A stretch of 64,000 nucleotides of DNA from the NCBI GenBank assembly GCA_963836235.1, contig CAWIIP010000001.1:224001-288000 (forward strand), in the 5' to 3' direction. How positions within the stretch are numbered: the stretch's first letter is position 1; every line of letters begins with the position of its first letter. Source of the stretch: an uncultured Pseudomonadota bacterium. GTDB lineage: Bacteria > Oederibacteriota > Muellerivitia > Muellerivitales > Muellerivitaceae. The notes beneath the pieces were generated by a model. It had not been told where the DNA came from and ran no database searches. It worked only from the letters and a program-made list of their open reading frames with translations. Below, piece after piece: positions 10,331 through 26,800 of the stretch. A program made the position numbers and the translations under genes.

Positions 10331-11971
10331 ATGAGAAGAATAAAGGCTATTTCCATCCTGATGTTCGTTTTTTCCATTCCCCTATTCGCGCTCGCCGAAG
10401 GCCTGGCCCCGGTCCCGCCCATGGGCTGGAACAGCTGGAATGCCTTCGGCATGGACATCAACGAAACCGTCATCCGAAAGACGGCCGATCTCATGGTGAG
10501 TTCAGGTCTTCGAGACGCGGGCTATGTTTATCTCAACCTGGACGATGGCTGGCAGGCAAGCCGGGACGCCCAGGGCGTAATCCAGCCGGACCCGGCCCTG
10601 TTTCCCTCGGGCATGAAGGCCTTAGGGGACTATCTCCATGCCAAGGGACTCAAGTTCGGCATTTACACCTGCGCCGGAACACAGACTTGCGGTAATAGAC
10701 CCGGAAGCAAAGGCCATGAAAAGCAGGATATGGCCACCTATGCCTCCTGGGGCGTGGATTATGTCAAGGTCGACTGGTGCAATACTCAGGGCCTTAATTC
10801 AAAGACCCAATATGCCCTCTTCCGTGAAGGTATAAAGGAAAGCGGGCGGCCCATGGTACTGTCCCTTTGCAACTGGGGCGTGGACAAGCCCTGGCTTTGG
10901 GGAAGAGGGACAGGCCAGCTATGGCGCACCACCAGCGACCTGGTTTCCTGCTGGGATTGCGTGAAGGATTGGGGCGGTGCGGGGATCCTGCCAACGTTGG
11001 ACAAGCAGGTGGGGCTGGAATCCTACTCGGGGCCGGGTGGGTGGAACGACCCGGACATGCTCCAGGTCGGCAACAGTGGCCTGAGCTTGGAAGAGTCCCG
11101 CGCCCATTTCAGCCTTTGGTGCATCCTTGCCGCGCCCCTCATCGCGGGCAATAACCTAGGGGCCATGAAGCCAGGGGTGAGGGAAATTCTCCTGAACCAG
11201 GAGGTCGTCGCAGTGGACCAGGACCCCGACGGCAAACCGGGAACCCGGGTCAAGGATGGGGGAAAGGGCGGGGAGATTTGGGCCAAGCCCCTGAAGGACG
11301 GAGCCTGGGCGGTCTGCCTTTTAAACCGGGGTTTGAAATCCGCCGATGTAGGAATGCTTTGGAAGGGCCTGGGCTTGAAGGATGATCAAATGAAAGTGCG
11401 CGACCTTTGGGCCCACCGGGATTTGGGTGTTTTTGACGGGGGTTATTCGGTCAGCCTGCCTTCCCATGGTGTGGCTTTGCTGAAAGTGAGTAGTAACCAG
11501 CCGGTGCCACTGCCGGTTTTGGACACTTGGAGAATTCGGGCCGGGGGCGAGGACTTCACCGATCACGCTGGCCATGCTTGGTCCGAGGACAAGGCTTTTG
11601 ATGTAGGGGACACCGCGCAAACGGGTCTTACCATCGCCGCAAAGGAGGACCCGGAACTTTACGAAACCGAACGCTGGGGCCCGGACTTCAGCTATGCCTT
11701 CCCGGTTCCACCAGGCAAGTACAAAGTCAACCTCAAGTTCGCCGAAACCTACGTGAAGGAACCCGGCCAGAGGGTTTTCGACGTGGTCATCAATGGGAAA
11801 AAGGTTTTGGACCATTTCGATATCCTCAAGGAAGCCGGGGGGTTCGGAAAGGGAATCGAGAAAAATTTCGCAGAAGTCGAGCCCGATCGCGGGGGCCTGA
11901 TTAAAATCCGGTTTGTTTCAGAAGTCCAAAACGCGAAAGTTTGCGCCATCGAGGCGATCCGGCAGAAGTAA
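10331..11971 (+). CDS. Secreted GH27 alpha-galactosidase with C-terminal malectin domain
   Basis: PPMGWNSWN, LDDGWQ, YVKVDWC, WRTTSD, WNDPDML; malectin-like LYETER..FSYAFPVPPGKYKVNLKFAE...RVFDV. Confidence 0.93.
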   Translation: MRRIKAISILMFVFSIPLFALAEGLAPVPPMGWNSWNAFGMDINETVIRKTADLMVSSGLRDAGYVYLNLDDGWQASRDAQGVIQPDPALFPSGMKALGDYLHAKGLKFGIYTCAGTQTCGNRPGSKGHEKQDMATYASWGVDYVKVDWCNTQGLNSKTQYALFREGIKESGRPMVLSLCNWGVDKPWLWGRGTGQLWRTTSDLVSCWDCVKDWGGAGILPTLDKQVGLESYSGPGGWNDPDMLQVGNSGLSLEESRAHFSLWCILAAPLIAGNNLGAMKPGVREILLNQEVVAVDQDPDGKPGTRVKDGGKGGEIWAKPLKDGAWAVCLLNRGLKSADVGMLWKGLGLKDDQMKVRDLWAHRDLGVFDGGYSVSLPSHGVALLKVSSNQPVPLPVLDTWRIRAGGEDFTDHAGHAWSEDKAFDVGDTAQTGLTIAAKEDPELYETERWGPDFSYAFPVPPGKYKVNLKFAETYVKEPGQRVFDVVINGKKVLDHFDILKEAGGFGKGIEKNFAEVEPDRGGLIKIRFVSEVQNAKVCAIEAIRQK

Positions 11972-12169
11972 GGATGCTTCCCCATGCCGCAGCGTGTTTT
12001 TGTTGGGGGTGTCCACGACGGGGAGGCGTAGTGGACAGCTGTAAATGGTTCGACTAAAGACATTTCCAAGACGGCCCCAGGGAGAAGTAAAGACTTTCAA
12101 CTCGTTTGAAAGTTTTGAAAATTATGGCCTTGAGGCGTTAAGCTCTGAAATCTCGTGGTTCTCCAAAAC

Positions 12170-12201
12170 AAAAGCCCTTGGGTGATGGTCCAAGGGCTTT
12201 T
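12170..12201. terminator. Bidirectional intrinsic terminator
   Basis: AAAAGCCCTTGG-gtgatggt-CCAAGGGCTTTT perfect stem with A and T flanks, between convergent genes. Confidence 0.75.
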
Positions 12202-12231
12202 AACTTCAACGGCATTCAACCACCCGAGAAA

Positions 12232-12336
12232 TTACAGCTTAAATATATCGGTAACGAGGTGCCGCATCCCCTTGCGTTCCTCGTTGCTGGCGGTCTATTT
12301 GGCGTTCTTGATGGTCATGCCTAAGATGGGTCCAAG
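12232..12336 (-). pseudogene. Decayed copy of the 3' end of the parB-like gene (27286-28968)
   Basis: Translates LGPILGMTIKNAK*TASNEERKGMRHLVTDIFKL* versus LGTVVEMTLKNAKQTANYEERKGMRKLFKDVFDR*; internal TAG at 12295-12297. Confidence 0.85.
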
Positions 12337-12436
12337 AAGTTATGGGAACGGGCCGTTATTTTTTTAGATATTTTTTTGATTTTTAGTGATTTTGGAATAT
12401 TTTTTAAAGACGATGCTTTATGAAATTTGAGTAATT

Positions 12437-12877
12437 CTAAGAACGATCTTTCTTTAGCCAAGTTTCTTCCAAATAATTTATAAGGGCTTCAAAATGAAGA
12501 ATATCAAGGGGCTTCATGAGATAATCATCGGCAAAGGAGAACCGGGCTTTTAGCAAATCATGATCGCTTCGTGATCCAGTTAAAATAAGGACAGGAATCT
12601 TTTTTAAATTAGAGTCTTCCTTGATAGCAGAAAGGACTTCCCAGCCGCTTTTGTGGGGAAGACCCAAATCCAACAGGATGAAATCGGGTGCGAGATTGTG
12701 TGTATAAATATTCGTGGGCCGGAGATAGTCTAACGCACCTTCGCCGTCAGACACGACGGTTACATGAATCGAACGTTTTGAATGTTCCAACGCGTCTTTC
12801 ATCAACTCCGCATCCGCTGAATTGTCTTCTACTAAGAGAAATTCAACCGGTCTCGTTTGACGGGTTTCCGTTTTCAT
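12437..12877 (-). CDS. Single-domain response regulator, Rcp1-like
   Basis: LLVEDN, FILLDLGLP, IPVLILTGS, YLMKP. Confidence 0.9.
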   Translation of the reverse strand: MKTETRQTRPVEFLLVEDNSADAELMKDALEHSKRSIHVTVVSDGEGALDYLRPTNIYTHNLAPDFILLDLGLPHKSGWEVLSAIKEDSNLKKIPVLILTGSRSDHDLLKARFSFADDYLMKPLDILHFEALINYLEETWLKKDRS

Positions 12878-12934
12878 AAAATGCCTCCTTTAAAAACATT
12901 TATTATTGTTTTCAAGCCCAAACCCTCTGGTGCC

Positions 12935-13426
12935 CTAAGGATTCAAATTTCTCAGGGCACCAGGAGGAAGATCCAACCTTATGTCCTTGATCCAATTCTC
13001 CTCGAGATAATTCAACAAAATATTGTATTGAGACCACTCTGTGGGTTTTAAGAGATAAGCGCTCACTCGGGTTTGATAGGCGTTCCATTTGTCGTTGTCA
13101 TGGTTTGAACTTGTCAGGATAAGGGTGGGTATGTCACTTAAGTGATAGGAGTGTTTAATTTCCTGCGCGACTTCGTGGCCATTTTTCCGCGGGATGTTCA
13201 AATCCAAAAGGATAAAATCCGGCCGGAGTGATGATAAATAAGGATTCCTATGGCGCAAATAGTTGAGGGCCTGCTCTCCGTCTTGGACTACATTTAAATT
13301 GATTGTAAATCTTGAATTTTTAAAACTTTCTTTTAGAAGGATCGCGTCACCTGGATTATCCTCGACAAGCAGGATTTCCACAGGTCTTTGCTTCGCGTTT
13401 GATCTGGATTTCTGGATGGTTTTCAT
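12935..13426 (-). CDS. Single-domain response regulator, Rcp1-like
   Basis: ILLVEDNPGD, ILLDLNIPRKNG, LILTSS, YLLKP. Confidence 0.9.
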   Translation of the reverse strand: MKTIQKSRSNAKQRPVEILLVEDNPGDAILLKESFKNSRFTINLNVVQDGEQALNYLRHRNPYLSSLRPDFILLDLNIPRKNGHEVAQEIKHSYHLSDIPTLILTSSNHDNDKWNAYQTRVSAYLLKPTEWSQYNILLNYLEENWIKDIRLDLPPGALRNLNP

Positions 13427-13550
13427 TAGGCCTCCGGTTTTCTTTTGTGAAAAAAGTTTAGTGCCGTTGCAAGGCGAAGAAGCTGGAAGGTGGTTTGGAT
13501 CAGTTACTGTTACACAAAAGGATCGGCGTATCCAGCTTCAGTCCATAGAA

Positions 13551-13568
13551 ACTAGGGTAAACCCTAGT
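13551..13568. promoter_or_regulatory. Perfect inverted repeat, candidate operator
   Basis: ACTAGGGT-aa-ACCCTAGT upstream of the receiver gene that starts at 13426. Confidence 0.45.
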
Positions 13569-13689
13569 TAAAAATATTTTCAATCCCCTGGCGGAATTCC
13601 AATCATTTTTTTCGACCATATAATTATTCGTCGAGAAAGTATGGTAAAAATAGCTCGTGAGGGTTTGGCGTCTCTAGACACCCTTAAAA

Positions 13690-14160
13690 TTAAGTGTTAT
13701 CCATTGCCCTATTAGCTTCGGTTAGAAATCCTTTGAGCCAGATATCTTCGACGTATCTCACTAATCCCAAAAAATCATTCATTTCGGTGGGTTTGACCAT
13801 GTAAAAATTCGCTTTGGATTCATAAGCCTTCCGTTTATCCATATCCGCCAGTGAGGAAGTGAGGACGAGAACGGGTATTTCTCTTAATTTTTCGTCGTTT
13901 TTAATGGCATGAAGGACTTCCAGCCCGCCCATACGAGGCATTTTGAGATCCAAAAGAATCAGGTTGGGCAAAGGCTCAACCCCGTATTCACCAATGTTTT
14001 TGAGGTACTGGACCGCCTCCTCTCCATCCTTTACCCGGGTTATTTCGAGGGGGACTTTTGAGGTCTTAAAAACTTCAAGAGCCATATGGGCATCGGCCAA
14101 ATTGTCCTCGACAAGGAGGATTTTAACCTGATTTTCTTTTTTTAGGGTTGGAATGGCCAT
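13690..14160 (-). CDS. Single-domain response regulator, Rcp1-like
   Basis: ILLVEDN, ILLDLKMPRMGG, VLTSS, ANFYMVKP. Confidence 0.9.
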   Translation of the reverse strand: MAIPTLKKENQVKILLVEDNLADAHMALEVFKTSKVPLEITRVKDGEEAVQYLKNIGEYGVEPLPNLILLDLKMPRMGGLEVLHAIKNDEKLREIPVLVLTSSLADMDKRKAYESKANFYMVKPTEMNDFLGLVRYVEDIWLKGFLTEANRAMDNT

Positions 14161-14619
14161 AAGTACTCCCGATTTTTGAATTTTTGATCATCGAAAGGCC
14201 CCAATGAACAGACGTTCATCGGGAATAAAATTTTATCTTTCTCAAGTCAATTTCGCCTCGAAAAAAACAGCTTCGTAAGGAAAAGCGTTTACCGGAGCCG
14301 TGCAAGTTTTTCACAACCGTAATTCGGGGACCAAGAGGATGGTACGTTTAATGCTTATGTCGAATTTAAAGGAATGGAAATGTTTTCCCAAAAAATCAAA
14401 ATGATCAAAATCGTTATTTTCCAACGAAAAAGCATTGAAATCGGTTTTCGCGAAACACCTAAAAATATTTTTTAAAAAATTCGGTCCTTCGCAGTGGAGA
14501 CGTCAAAAGATCAGGGTGTAAGATTGAATAAAGAGATAGTTGAGATTCGAACTCTTTCGGGAATATTTTCGCCGACGTAATCCCGGCCAAATTCAACTCT
14601 TGTTGTTCCGATCAAAAGA

Positions 14620-19983
<5,364 letters not shown>

Positions 19984-20028
19984 CAGTTCGTTTTTTCCGC
20001 CGGGTCCCGGATCCGGAAGGAGGCTTCA

Positions 20029-21360
20029 ATGGTTTCAAGTGAAAACCCCGTCAACATCCTCATCGTGGACGATGAACCCGCCAACCTGTTGGCCCTTGAA
20101 GCCGTTTTGGGCGGCTTGGGCCATCACTTGGTGAAAGCCCGTTCGGGTGAAGAAGCCCTTCGGAACCTGATCCGGTTGGATTTCGCCGTCATCCTATTGG
20201 ACGTACTCATGCCGGGAATGAGCGGGTTCGAAGCGGCGACCCTTATTCGGCAAAGGGGCCGGAGCCGTTACACGCCCATTATTTTCCTGACGGCGGTCGG
20301 CAAAACCGAGGCGGAGATGTTCGAGGGTTATGCCGTGGGAGCCATCGACTATCTTTTCAAGCCTTTCCATCCGGAAGTCTTGCGGTCGAAGGTCTCGGCC
20401 CTGGTCGATCTTTACCTTAAAACCCAGCAAGTGCACAGCCTCAACGTGGAAATCAGCCGCCGGGCGGCGGAACTGGAATCGGTGAACCTGATGCTGAGGA
20501 ACGAAAACGACACCCGCAAGCGGGCCGAGGAGGGGCTTCGCCGTTCCGAGGAGGAACTCAAGGAACTCAATGCCAGCCTGGAGGCCCAGGTCCTGGAACG
20601 GACCGCCGCCGTCGAGGAACGCAGCCGCCAGCTTCTTCGTTCCAACGAGGAACTGCAACAGTTCGCCTATGTGGCCTCCCACGACCTGCAGGAGCCATTG
20701 CGGACCATCATCAGCTACCTGCAGCTTCTTGAGATGCGCCACAAGGACCAATTCAACGCCGAGTCCCGGGAGTTCATGGATTTCGTGGTCAATGCCTCCA
20801 AGCATATGCGGGATTTGATCCTGGGTTTGCTGGAATATTCCCGAGTCAGCTCCCAACGTAAATCTTTCCAGCGGGTCGATTGCGGTTCGGTAGTCGGGAT
20901 GGTCCTGGATAACCTGAAGACCTCTTTGGCTGAAAAGAGCGCCGTGGTGGAGTGCGAGACCTTGCCCGAGGTTTATGGCGACCCCCTGCTGTTGGAATTG
21001 CTTTTTCAGAACCTGATCGGAAACGCCCTGAAGTTTTGCGGCAACCGGCCGCCTCAGGTGCGGGTGGGTGCCGAACGAAAGGATGGAGAATGGCTTTTTT
21101 GGGTGAAGGATAACGGCATCGGAATCGACGCGCAATATTTCGAGAGGATTTTCGTCATATTCCAAAGATTGCACAGCCGGGAGGATTATCCGGGCACGGG
21201 ATTGGGCCTGGCGGTCTGCAAAAAAACCGTTGAGCGCCACGGTGGGCGGATTTGGTGCGAATCGGAATTAAACAAGGGTTCCAGTTTTTATTTTACGATA
21301 CCCGTTCTTCAGGAAGCCGCGGGTTCGCCGACTTTGACGGCTTCATCCAAGGAAAAGTGA
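20029..21360 (+). CDS. REC + coiled coil + Cph1-type histidine kinase
   Basis: ILIVDD..ILLDVLMP; FAYVASHDLQEPLR; FQNLIGNALKF; GTGLGLA. Confidence 0.92.
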   Translation: MVSSENPVNILIVDDEPANLLALEAVLGGLGHHLVKARSGEEALRNLIRLDFAVILLDVLMPGMSGFEAATLIRQRGRSRYTPIIFLTAVGKTEAEMFEGYAVGAIDYLFKPFHPEVLRSKVSALVDLYLKTQQVHSLNVEISRRAAELESVNLMLRNENDTRKRAEEGLRRSEEELKELNASLEAQVLERTAAVEERSRQLLRSNEELQQFAYVASHDLQEPLRTIISYLQLLEMRHKDQFNAESREFMDFVVNASKHMRDLILGLLEYSRVSSQRKSFQRVDCGSVVGMVLDNLKTSLAEKSAVVECETLPEVYGDPLLLELLFQNLIGNALKFCGNRPPQVRVGAERKDGEWLFWVKDNGIGIDAQYFERIFVIFQRLHSREDYPGTGLGLAVCKKTVERHGGRIWCESELNKGSSFYFTIPVLQEAAGSPTLTASSKEK

Positions 21361-21600
21361 GGAAAATCCGATAGGAGGCTCAGGTTAATAGATTTACCTT
21401 AAAAGGTGACTTCATTGGCGGCTATTTGAAATAAGTAGAGGTAAAATTAAATTAACAGAAACAGCCTGATGGTTGGGGTTGACGCGCCAACGATTATCCT
21501 TTCCCTTCGCCTTTTCAAAACAATTGAAAATCGGCATTGAACATCCGGGACAGCTTTTTCAACACATTTTCCATTCCCGAAAAAATCGTTAGGAGGCGTT

Positions 21601-22053
21601 ATGGTTTCTTTAGTTCATAAGTTAAACCGGTCTATCCATGTCCTGCTGGTCGAGGACAATCTCGCGGATGTCACCCTCATCATGGAAGCCTTCAAGGGCT
21701 GCCAAAAGCCCATCCAGGTAGCCCGCGTTAAAGACGGGGAGGAGGCTCTCCGTTACCTCAGGGGCGAAGAGCGTTACAGCAAGGCCCACAGGCCCGATCT
21801 CATTCTCCTGGACCTGAACATTCCGAGAAAAACGGGTTTGGAAGTGTTGAACGAGGTTAAATCCGACCCGAAACTTCAGGAAATTCCCGTGGTGATCCTG
21901 ACCAATTCCAAAATGGAAACGGATGTCCAGAAGGCCTACGAGTCCCGGGCCAACTTTTATATCGTCAAGCCGACGGATTTGGAGGAACTCTACGCGGCCG
22001 CGCGGTACGTGGAGGATATCTGGCTGAAAAGCGTGGGAACTCCCGATGATTAA
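21601..22053 (+). CDS. Single-domain response regulator, Rcp1-like
   Basis: LLVEDN, LILLDLNIPRKTG, ANFYIVKP; AGGAGG RBS. Confidence 0.92.
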   Translation: MVSLVHKLNRSIHVLLVEDNLADVTLIMEAFKGCQKPIQVARVKDGEEALRYLRGEERYSKAHRPDLILLDLNIPRKTGLEVLNEVKSDPKLQEIPVVILTNSKMETDVQKAYESRANFYIVKPTDLEELYAAARYVEDIWLKSVGTPDD

Positions 22054-22123
22054 GGGCCGCCATTTGAGATGAAAGGAAAACCTTCGTCGATCAAGTTTTT
22101 ACGGTGGTTTGCAGGGGGTGGTT

Positions 22124-23452
22124 ATGAATTTAACACCAACCCGGATTTTATTGGTAGAAGATAATCCCGGAGACGCACGGCTGCTCAAAGAGACCCTCGG
22201 GGAAACAAGGGAATCCCCGTACTTGTTGGAAAAAGCCCAGAACCTCCATGACGGCCTGAGCCGCCTTTCCAAGGGCAACTTGGATATCCTCCTGCTGGAC
22301 TTGTTCCTTCCTGATTCCTCCGGCCTTTCCACCTTAGAATCAGCCATAAAAGCGGCAACCCAAGTTCCCATTATCGTGTTGACCGGTCTCAACAACAGTG
22401 AAACCGCCGTCAAATCCCTCCAGGAAGGCGCGCAGGATTTCCTGGTGAAGGACCACTTGAGCCGGGAACTTCTCACCCGTTCCATCAGCTATTCCATCGA
22501 ACGCTTCCGGCTCCATAAAAAATTGCAAGAGGACGAGGAGCGCTATTACCTCGTCGCCCAAGGTTCGCATGACGGGCTTTGGGACTGGGACCTTCAATCA
22601 GACCGGATTTACTTTTCCTCCCGCTGGAAGCTCATACTGGGCTATTCGGAAGGGGATATTGGGGAAGAACCACGCGAATGGTTTAACCGCGTCCATCCGG
22701 AGGATTTGGAAAGGGTGAAAAGGGACCTTTCCGAACACCTGGCGGGTAAGACCGCCCATTTCTTGAACGAACACAGGCTTCAACATAGGGACGGCCGTTA
22801 CCGATGGGTCTTGAGCCGGGGGCTGGCCAGTAATTCTGGCCAGGAAAAACCCACCCGCGTGGCGGGATCCTTCACGGACATCACCCATCACAAGGACATG
22901 GAAAAAAAACTGGCCTTGCGCGCCTTTTACGACCCTTTGACCGGCCTTCCCAACAGACTCCTTTTCATGGATTGCCTCAGCCGCGCCTTTACCCGCCTGG
23001 AACGCCATCCACGGGCGCTTTTCGCGGTTTTCTTCCTGGACTTGGACCACCTCAAACAGATCAATGACCTTATGGGGCACCAGGCCGGGGACGAGCTTTT
23101 GATCGAGTTTGCCCGCAGGGTGAAATCCTGCGTCAGGCCCAACGACCTGGTGGCCCGGATGGCCGGGGATGAATTCACGGTCCTTTTGGACGACATTAAG
23201 GATTTCCAAGAAGCCACGGAGGTGGCCGACCGAATCCTGGAAACAATGCGAACGCCCCTGCTATTGGGAGGGCAAGAGATGATTTCCACGGCCAGCATCG
23301 GCATCGCCTACTCCAACTGCGGAAAGGAAGAACCCGACAGTCTCCTCAAAGCCGCCGACTCGGCCATGTATCGGGCCAAGGTCGCGGGCAAAGCACGCTA
23401 TGAGGTTTTCGGAAAAACCGAAAATCCCAACGAACCCGGTTCGAATTTTTAA
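22124..23452 (+). CDS. REC-PAS-GGDEF diguanylate cyclase (AGDEF variant)
   Basis: ILLVEDN..LLLDL; DGLWDWD/VHPED PAS; YDPLTGLPNR; RPND I-site; ARMAGDEF. Confidence 0.92.
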   Translation: MNLTPTRILLVEDNPGDARLLKETLGETRESPYLLEKAQNLHDGLSRLSKGNLDILLLDLFLPDSSGLSTLESAIKAATQVPIIVLTGLNNSETAVKSLQEGAQDFLVKDHLSRELLTRSISYSIERFRLHKKLQEDEERYYLVAQGSHDGLWDWDLQSDRIYFSSRWKLILGYSEGDIGEEPREWFNRVHPEDLERVKRDLSEHLAGKTAHFLNEHRLQHRDGRYRWVLSRGLASNSGQEKPTRVAGSFTDITHHKDMEKKLALRAFYDPLTGLPNRLLFMDCLSRAFTRLERHPRALFAVFFLDLDHLKQINDLMGHQAGDELLIEFARRVKSCVRPNDLVARMAGDEFTVLLDDIKDFQEATEVADRILETMRTPLLLGGQEMISTASIGIAYSNCGKEEPDSLLKAADSAMYRAKVAGKARYEVFGKTENPNEPGSNF

Positions 23453-23862
23453 CCGAAGTGGGATTCTTTCTTTAGGTTGAGCCGGAATCCGTTGTCTCCG
23501 CGGAAAATCCCCGGCTGTTTTTTTGAAAATAAAATTCAGTTATTTATTGTTCAAAATAAATTTGAGTTATCTTGAGATACATCATCTAATTTTCATCCGC
23601 ATCAACTTGACAAGGTTTGCCTGAATCGATTTCCGGAAATTGATTTGGGCGGCTTGAACCGATTTTTAAAATAAAAATTTTCCATAAAAAAATTATTTGA
23701 GTCACCTTTACATATTCTTTACCTGTTGCGCACTGGATTTTTAAAAGTGGCGGGAGTATTTAAGTGAGGTGTTCAAATTTTTTTTAATTTTCGGCCCGCT
23801 TTGGCGGACGGGACGAAAAAATGGGTGTGGTGAAATTGCTAAAGCCTTGCGGGGGGTGATGA

Positions 23863-26800
23863 ATGACCACCGAAAAGAAGCTTGGAAGTTGGCGGAGTGC
23901 CGGCCTTTATTTTCCTTTCGTTAAAAAATTCTTTTCCCGATTCGATGGCAGCGGACAGACTGCCATAATTTTTTCCGTTACCAAGTCAACCCTTCAGCCG
24001 AAGTTTTGCTTCCGGTTATTGTTTGGTTTTGTTTTTTTCTTCTCCTCCATTGAAGCCGGCCGGGCCTGGGTGAATCCCGGCTTTACCGCAGGGCTGACGG
24101 GCTGGACGACCTCCTTTGCTAACCCCGGCCTGGCGAATGGTTGCGCCAATCCTTCGGCGACGGTGGTCAACGCGACCACGGCATCGGCGGTAGGCACCGG
24201 TGTTGCCCCTAACACGGATGGTTTACTACCGGACCATCCCGCTTGTAGTCCGGATGCGGTCCAACTTTGGCCTTCCCACGGGGAATCCAACCATGGGGAT
24301 TGGGTCCAGATCGAGCAGACCGATACGGTTCCCACTAACGGGGACACCTGCTTCAGCTTCTGGTTCGCGGGGGTTTTTGAGAACTTCCATTATTTGCAGG
24401 GCGAAACCACCAATAATTCAGACAGCTACCTGCTGATCAATATGATTGTCGGCGGTACGGTAGTGGCCAGCCTCAATTACAGCTGGGAAACCACGCTACC
24501 CCAAATCACCCAACTCACCAATGCCCAAGTCCCCGCCAACGGCGATGGTACTGTTTGTGATATCAACGGAACCCCCAATAATTGGGGTTATGTGCCTTGG
24601 ACCCCCTACGTTATCAACCTTTGCCAATACGCGGGCCAGGAAGTCACCTTTCAGGCCACTTTTTACGATTGCGACGCGGGTGGTCATTACGGTTTTGGGT
24701 ATATCAGCTGCCTGAACTGGGAGTCCTGCCCGCCGCCCGCGATGAAAATCTCCAAATCCAACAATCCTTCGGGTCTGGTCAGCGCGGGCCAGACGATCAC
24801 CTACACCATCAACTATTCAAACGCCGGAACCGGTCCCGCGGACGGGGTCGTGGTGAACGACACCCTTCCCGCCGGGACCAACCTGGTGCCGGGATTGATG
24901 ACCAGCAATCCCATCGCCTATTTTACCAGCCAAGTGGGGAACGACATCAGTTGGGACGTGGGATACGTGGCGGCGGGAGCCACCGGCAGCCTTTCCTTCA
25001 AAGTCACCGCTCCGGACAGCCAATGCGTGACCTTCACTAATGTCGCCTCGGAAACCGACCTCGCCGTAGCTTGCGGCACCGCGCCGCCGCTCTCCAATCC
25101 CGTGACGAACTGGCTGGGGGGATGTACTCTAACGCCGTCACCCACCCGTACGGCTTCGGCTACGTCCACCGCCACGAAAACCAGGACGCCATCACCCACT
25201 TATACCGCATCAAACACGACCACTAACACGGCCACTACCACGAGTACGGCCACGACCACCGCCACGAGCACGGCCACTCACTCACCGACGCCCACCTATA
25301 CGCATACGGCTTCGGCCACGGCAACGCGAACCCCCACCCCCACGGCCACCCTAACGAACACAAGTTCCGCTACCGCCACGCCGTCTCCCACTGCGACCTC
25401 CACTCCGACCTTCACTCCTACCAGCACGGACACGGCTACGCCTACCAATACTCCCACCATCACGGACACCTCCACGCCCACCCCTACGAATACCCCGGTT
25501 CCAACCCACACACCCACTTACACCTTCACGCCGGTAAACACCATTGTCGCCACGGCGGTGACAGGTCCCAGCGATACGCCGACAACAGACCCAACGCCCA
25601 TGAACACGATTGTTTCCACGGCGATAGCCGGACCGACGAACACATCGACCAATAGCTTTACGCCAATGAACACCCCGACGATTACTTATACCTACATCCC
25701 CACCAGCACCCCGGCCGCCACTAATACAGTGACATCGACAAACACGGGCATACCCACTCGAACCTACACGGATACGCCCACGCCGACTTTCACTTTCACC
25801 ATTACCAGTACGCCGACAGCGACCTTTACGGTGACGCCCACTCCGCCCTTCCAAGTGACCATGAATAAGACGGTGTCCTCCTCCACGGCGGAGTCGGGGA
25901 ACATACTGACTTATTTCTTGAGTCTTGTCGTTACGGGGAATACCGCTTACGGAGTCGTCGTAACGGATACCCTCCCGGCCGATGTAACTTATGTTGGTTC
26001 AGGGCCCAACAGCCCCTCAAGCCTCCCCACGCCGGTGGTGAACAGCACTGTGGGTCAATTGACTTGGGCCTTACCCCCCCTTAATCCGGGAACCTACCAA
26101 CTGAGATATCAAACCCAAGTCAATAATTTCCTGGTGAATGGAACCCAAATCCTTAACCAAGCGGTCATGACTTATCCGGGGTCGGTCCCGGTGACAAGCG
26201 TCGTGCCCGTGGTGGTAGCGGCGAACGACGTCGTGATTATCGCGGTGTACAACGAGGCGGGTGAACTGGTTAATCAGATCCTCGATGAAAATCAGTCCCA
26301 GCCGATCCTGAATGTTTCCCTGGGAGGCGGCAACGCCGTCACGGCAATCAACGGCCCAGGCGGGGCGGTAACGGTTTATTACGCAGGCACACCCATCGCG
26401 GTTTGGAACGGGATGAATTCCAACGGAACGCCCGCTTCCAACGGCACCTATTATCTTAAAGTGGACAATATCAACAGCCTCGGTTCGGTCGTCAGCCAAA
26501 CCCTTCCGGTGGTCGTGACCCGAAGCCTTTATCAGATAACGGTGCTGATTTACAACGAAGCGGGAGAGGTGATCCGGCATCTTTACGCTTATGTCTCCAA
26601 TCTCGGGCAGGCTTCCATCTCGGGCATGAACCTTTCCGCTTCGACCATAGCCCCCTCCGAGATGAATTCGGGTGGCGGAATGCCGACCCAATTGGACATC
26701 CTCTTAAGCAACGGGACGACGATCCTTTGGGATGGGAGGGGCGATAACGGCAATTTCGCGCAAAGCGGCCAGTATTTCGTGGAAGTCACCAACCAGGGCG

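Noticed and set aside
23453-23862. Possible c-di-GMP riboswitch between the DGC and the surface protein gene
   Set aside because: No recognisable GEMM consensus; only AT-rich DNA and an imperfect hairpin.
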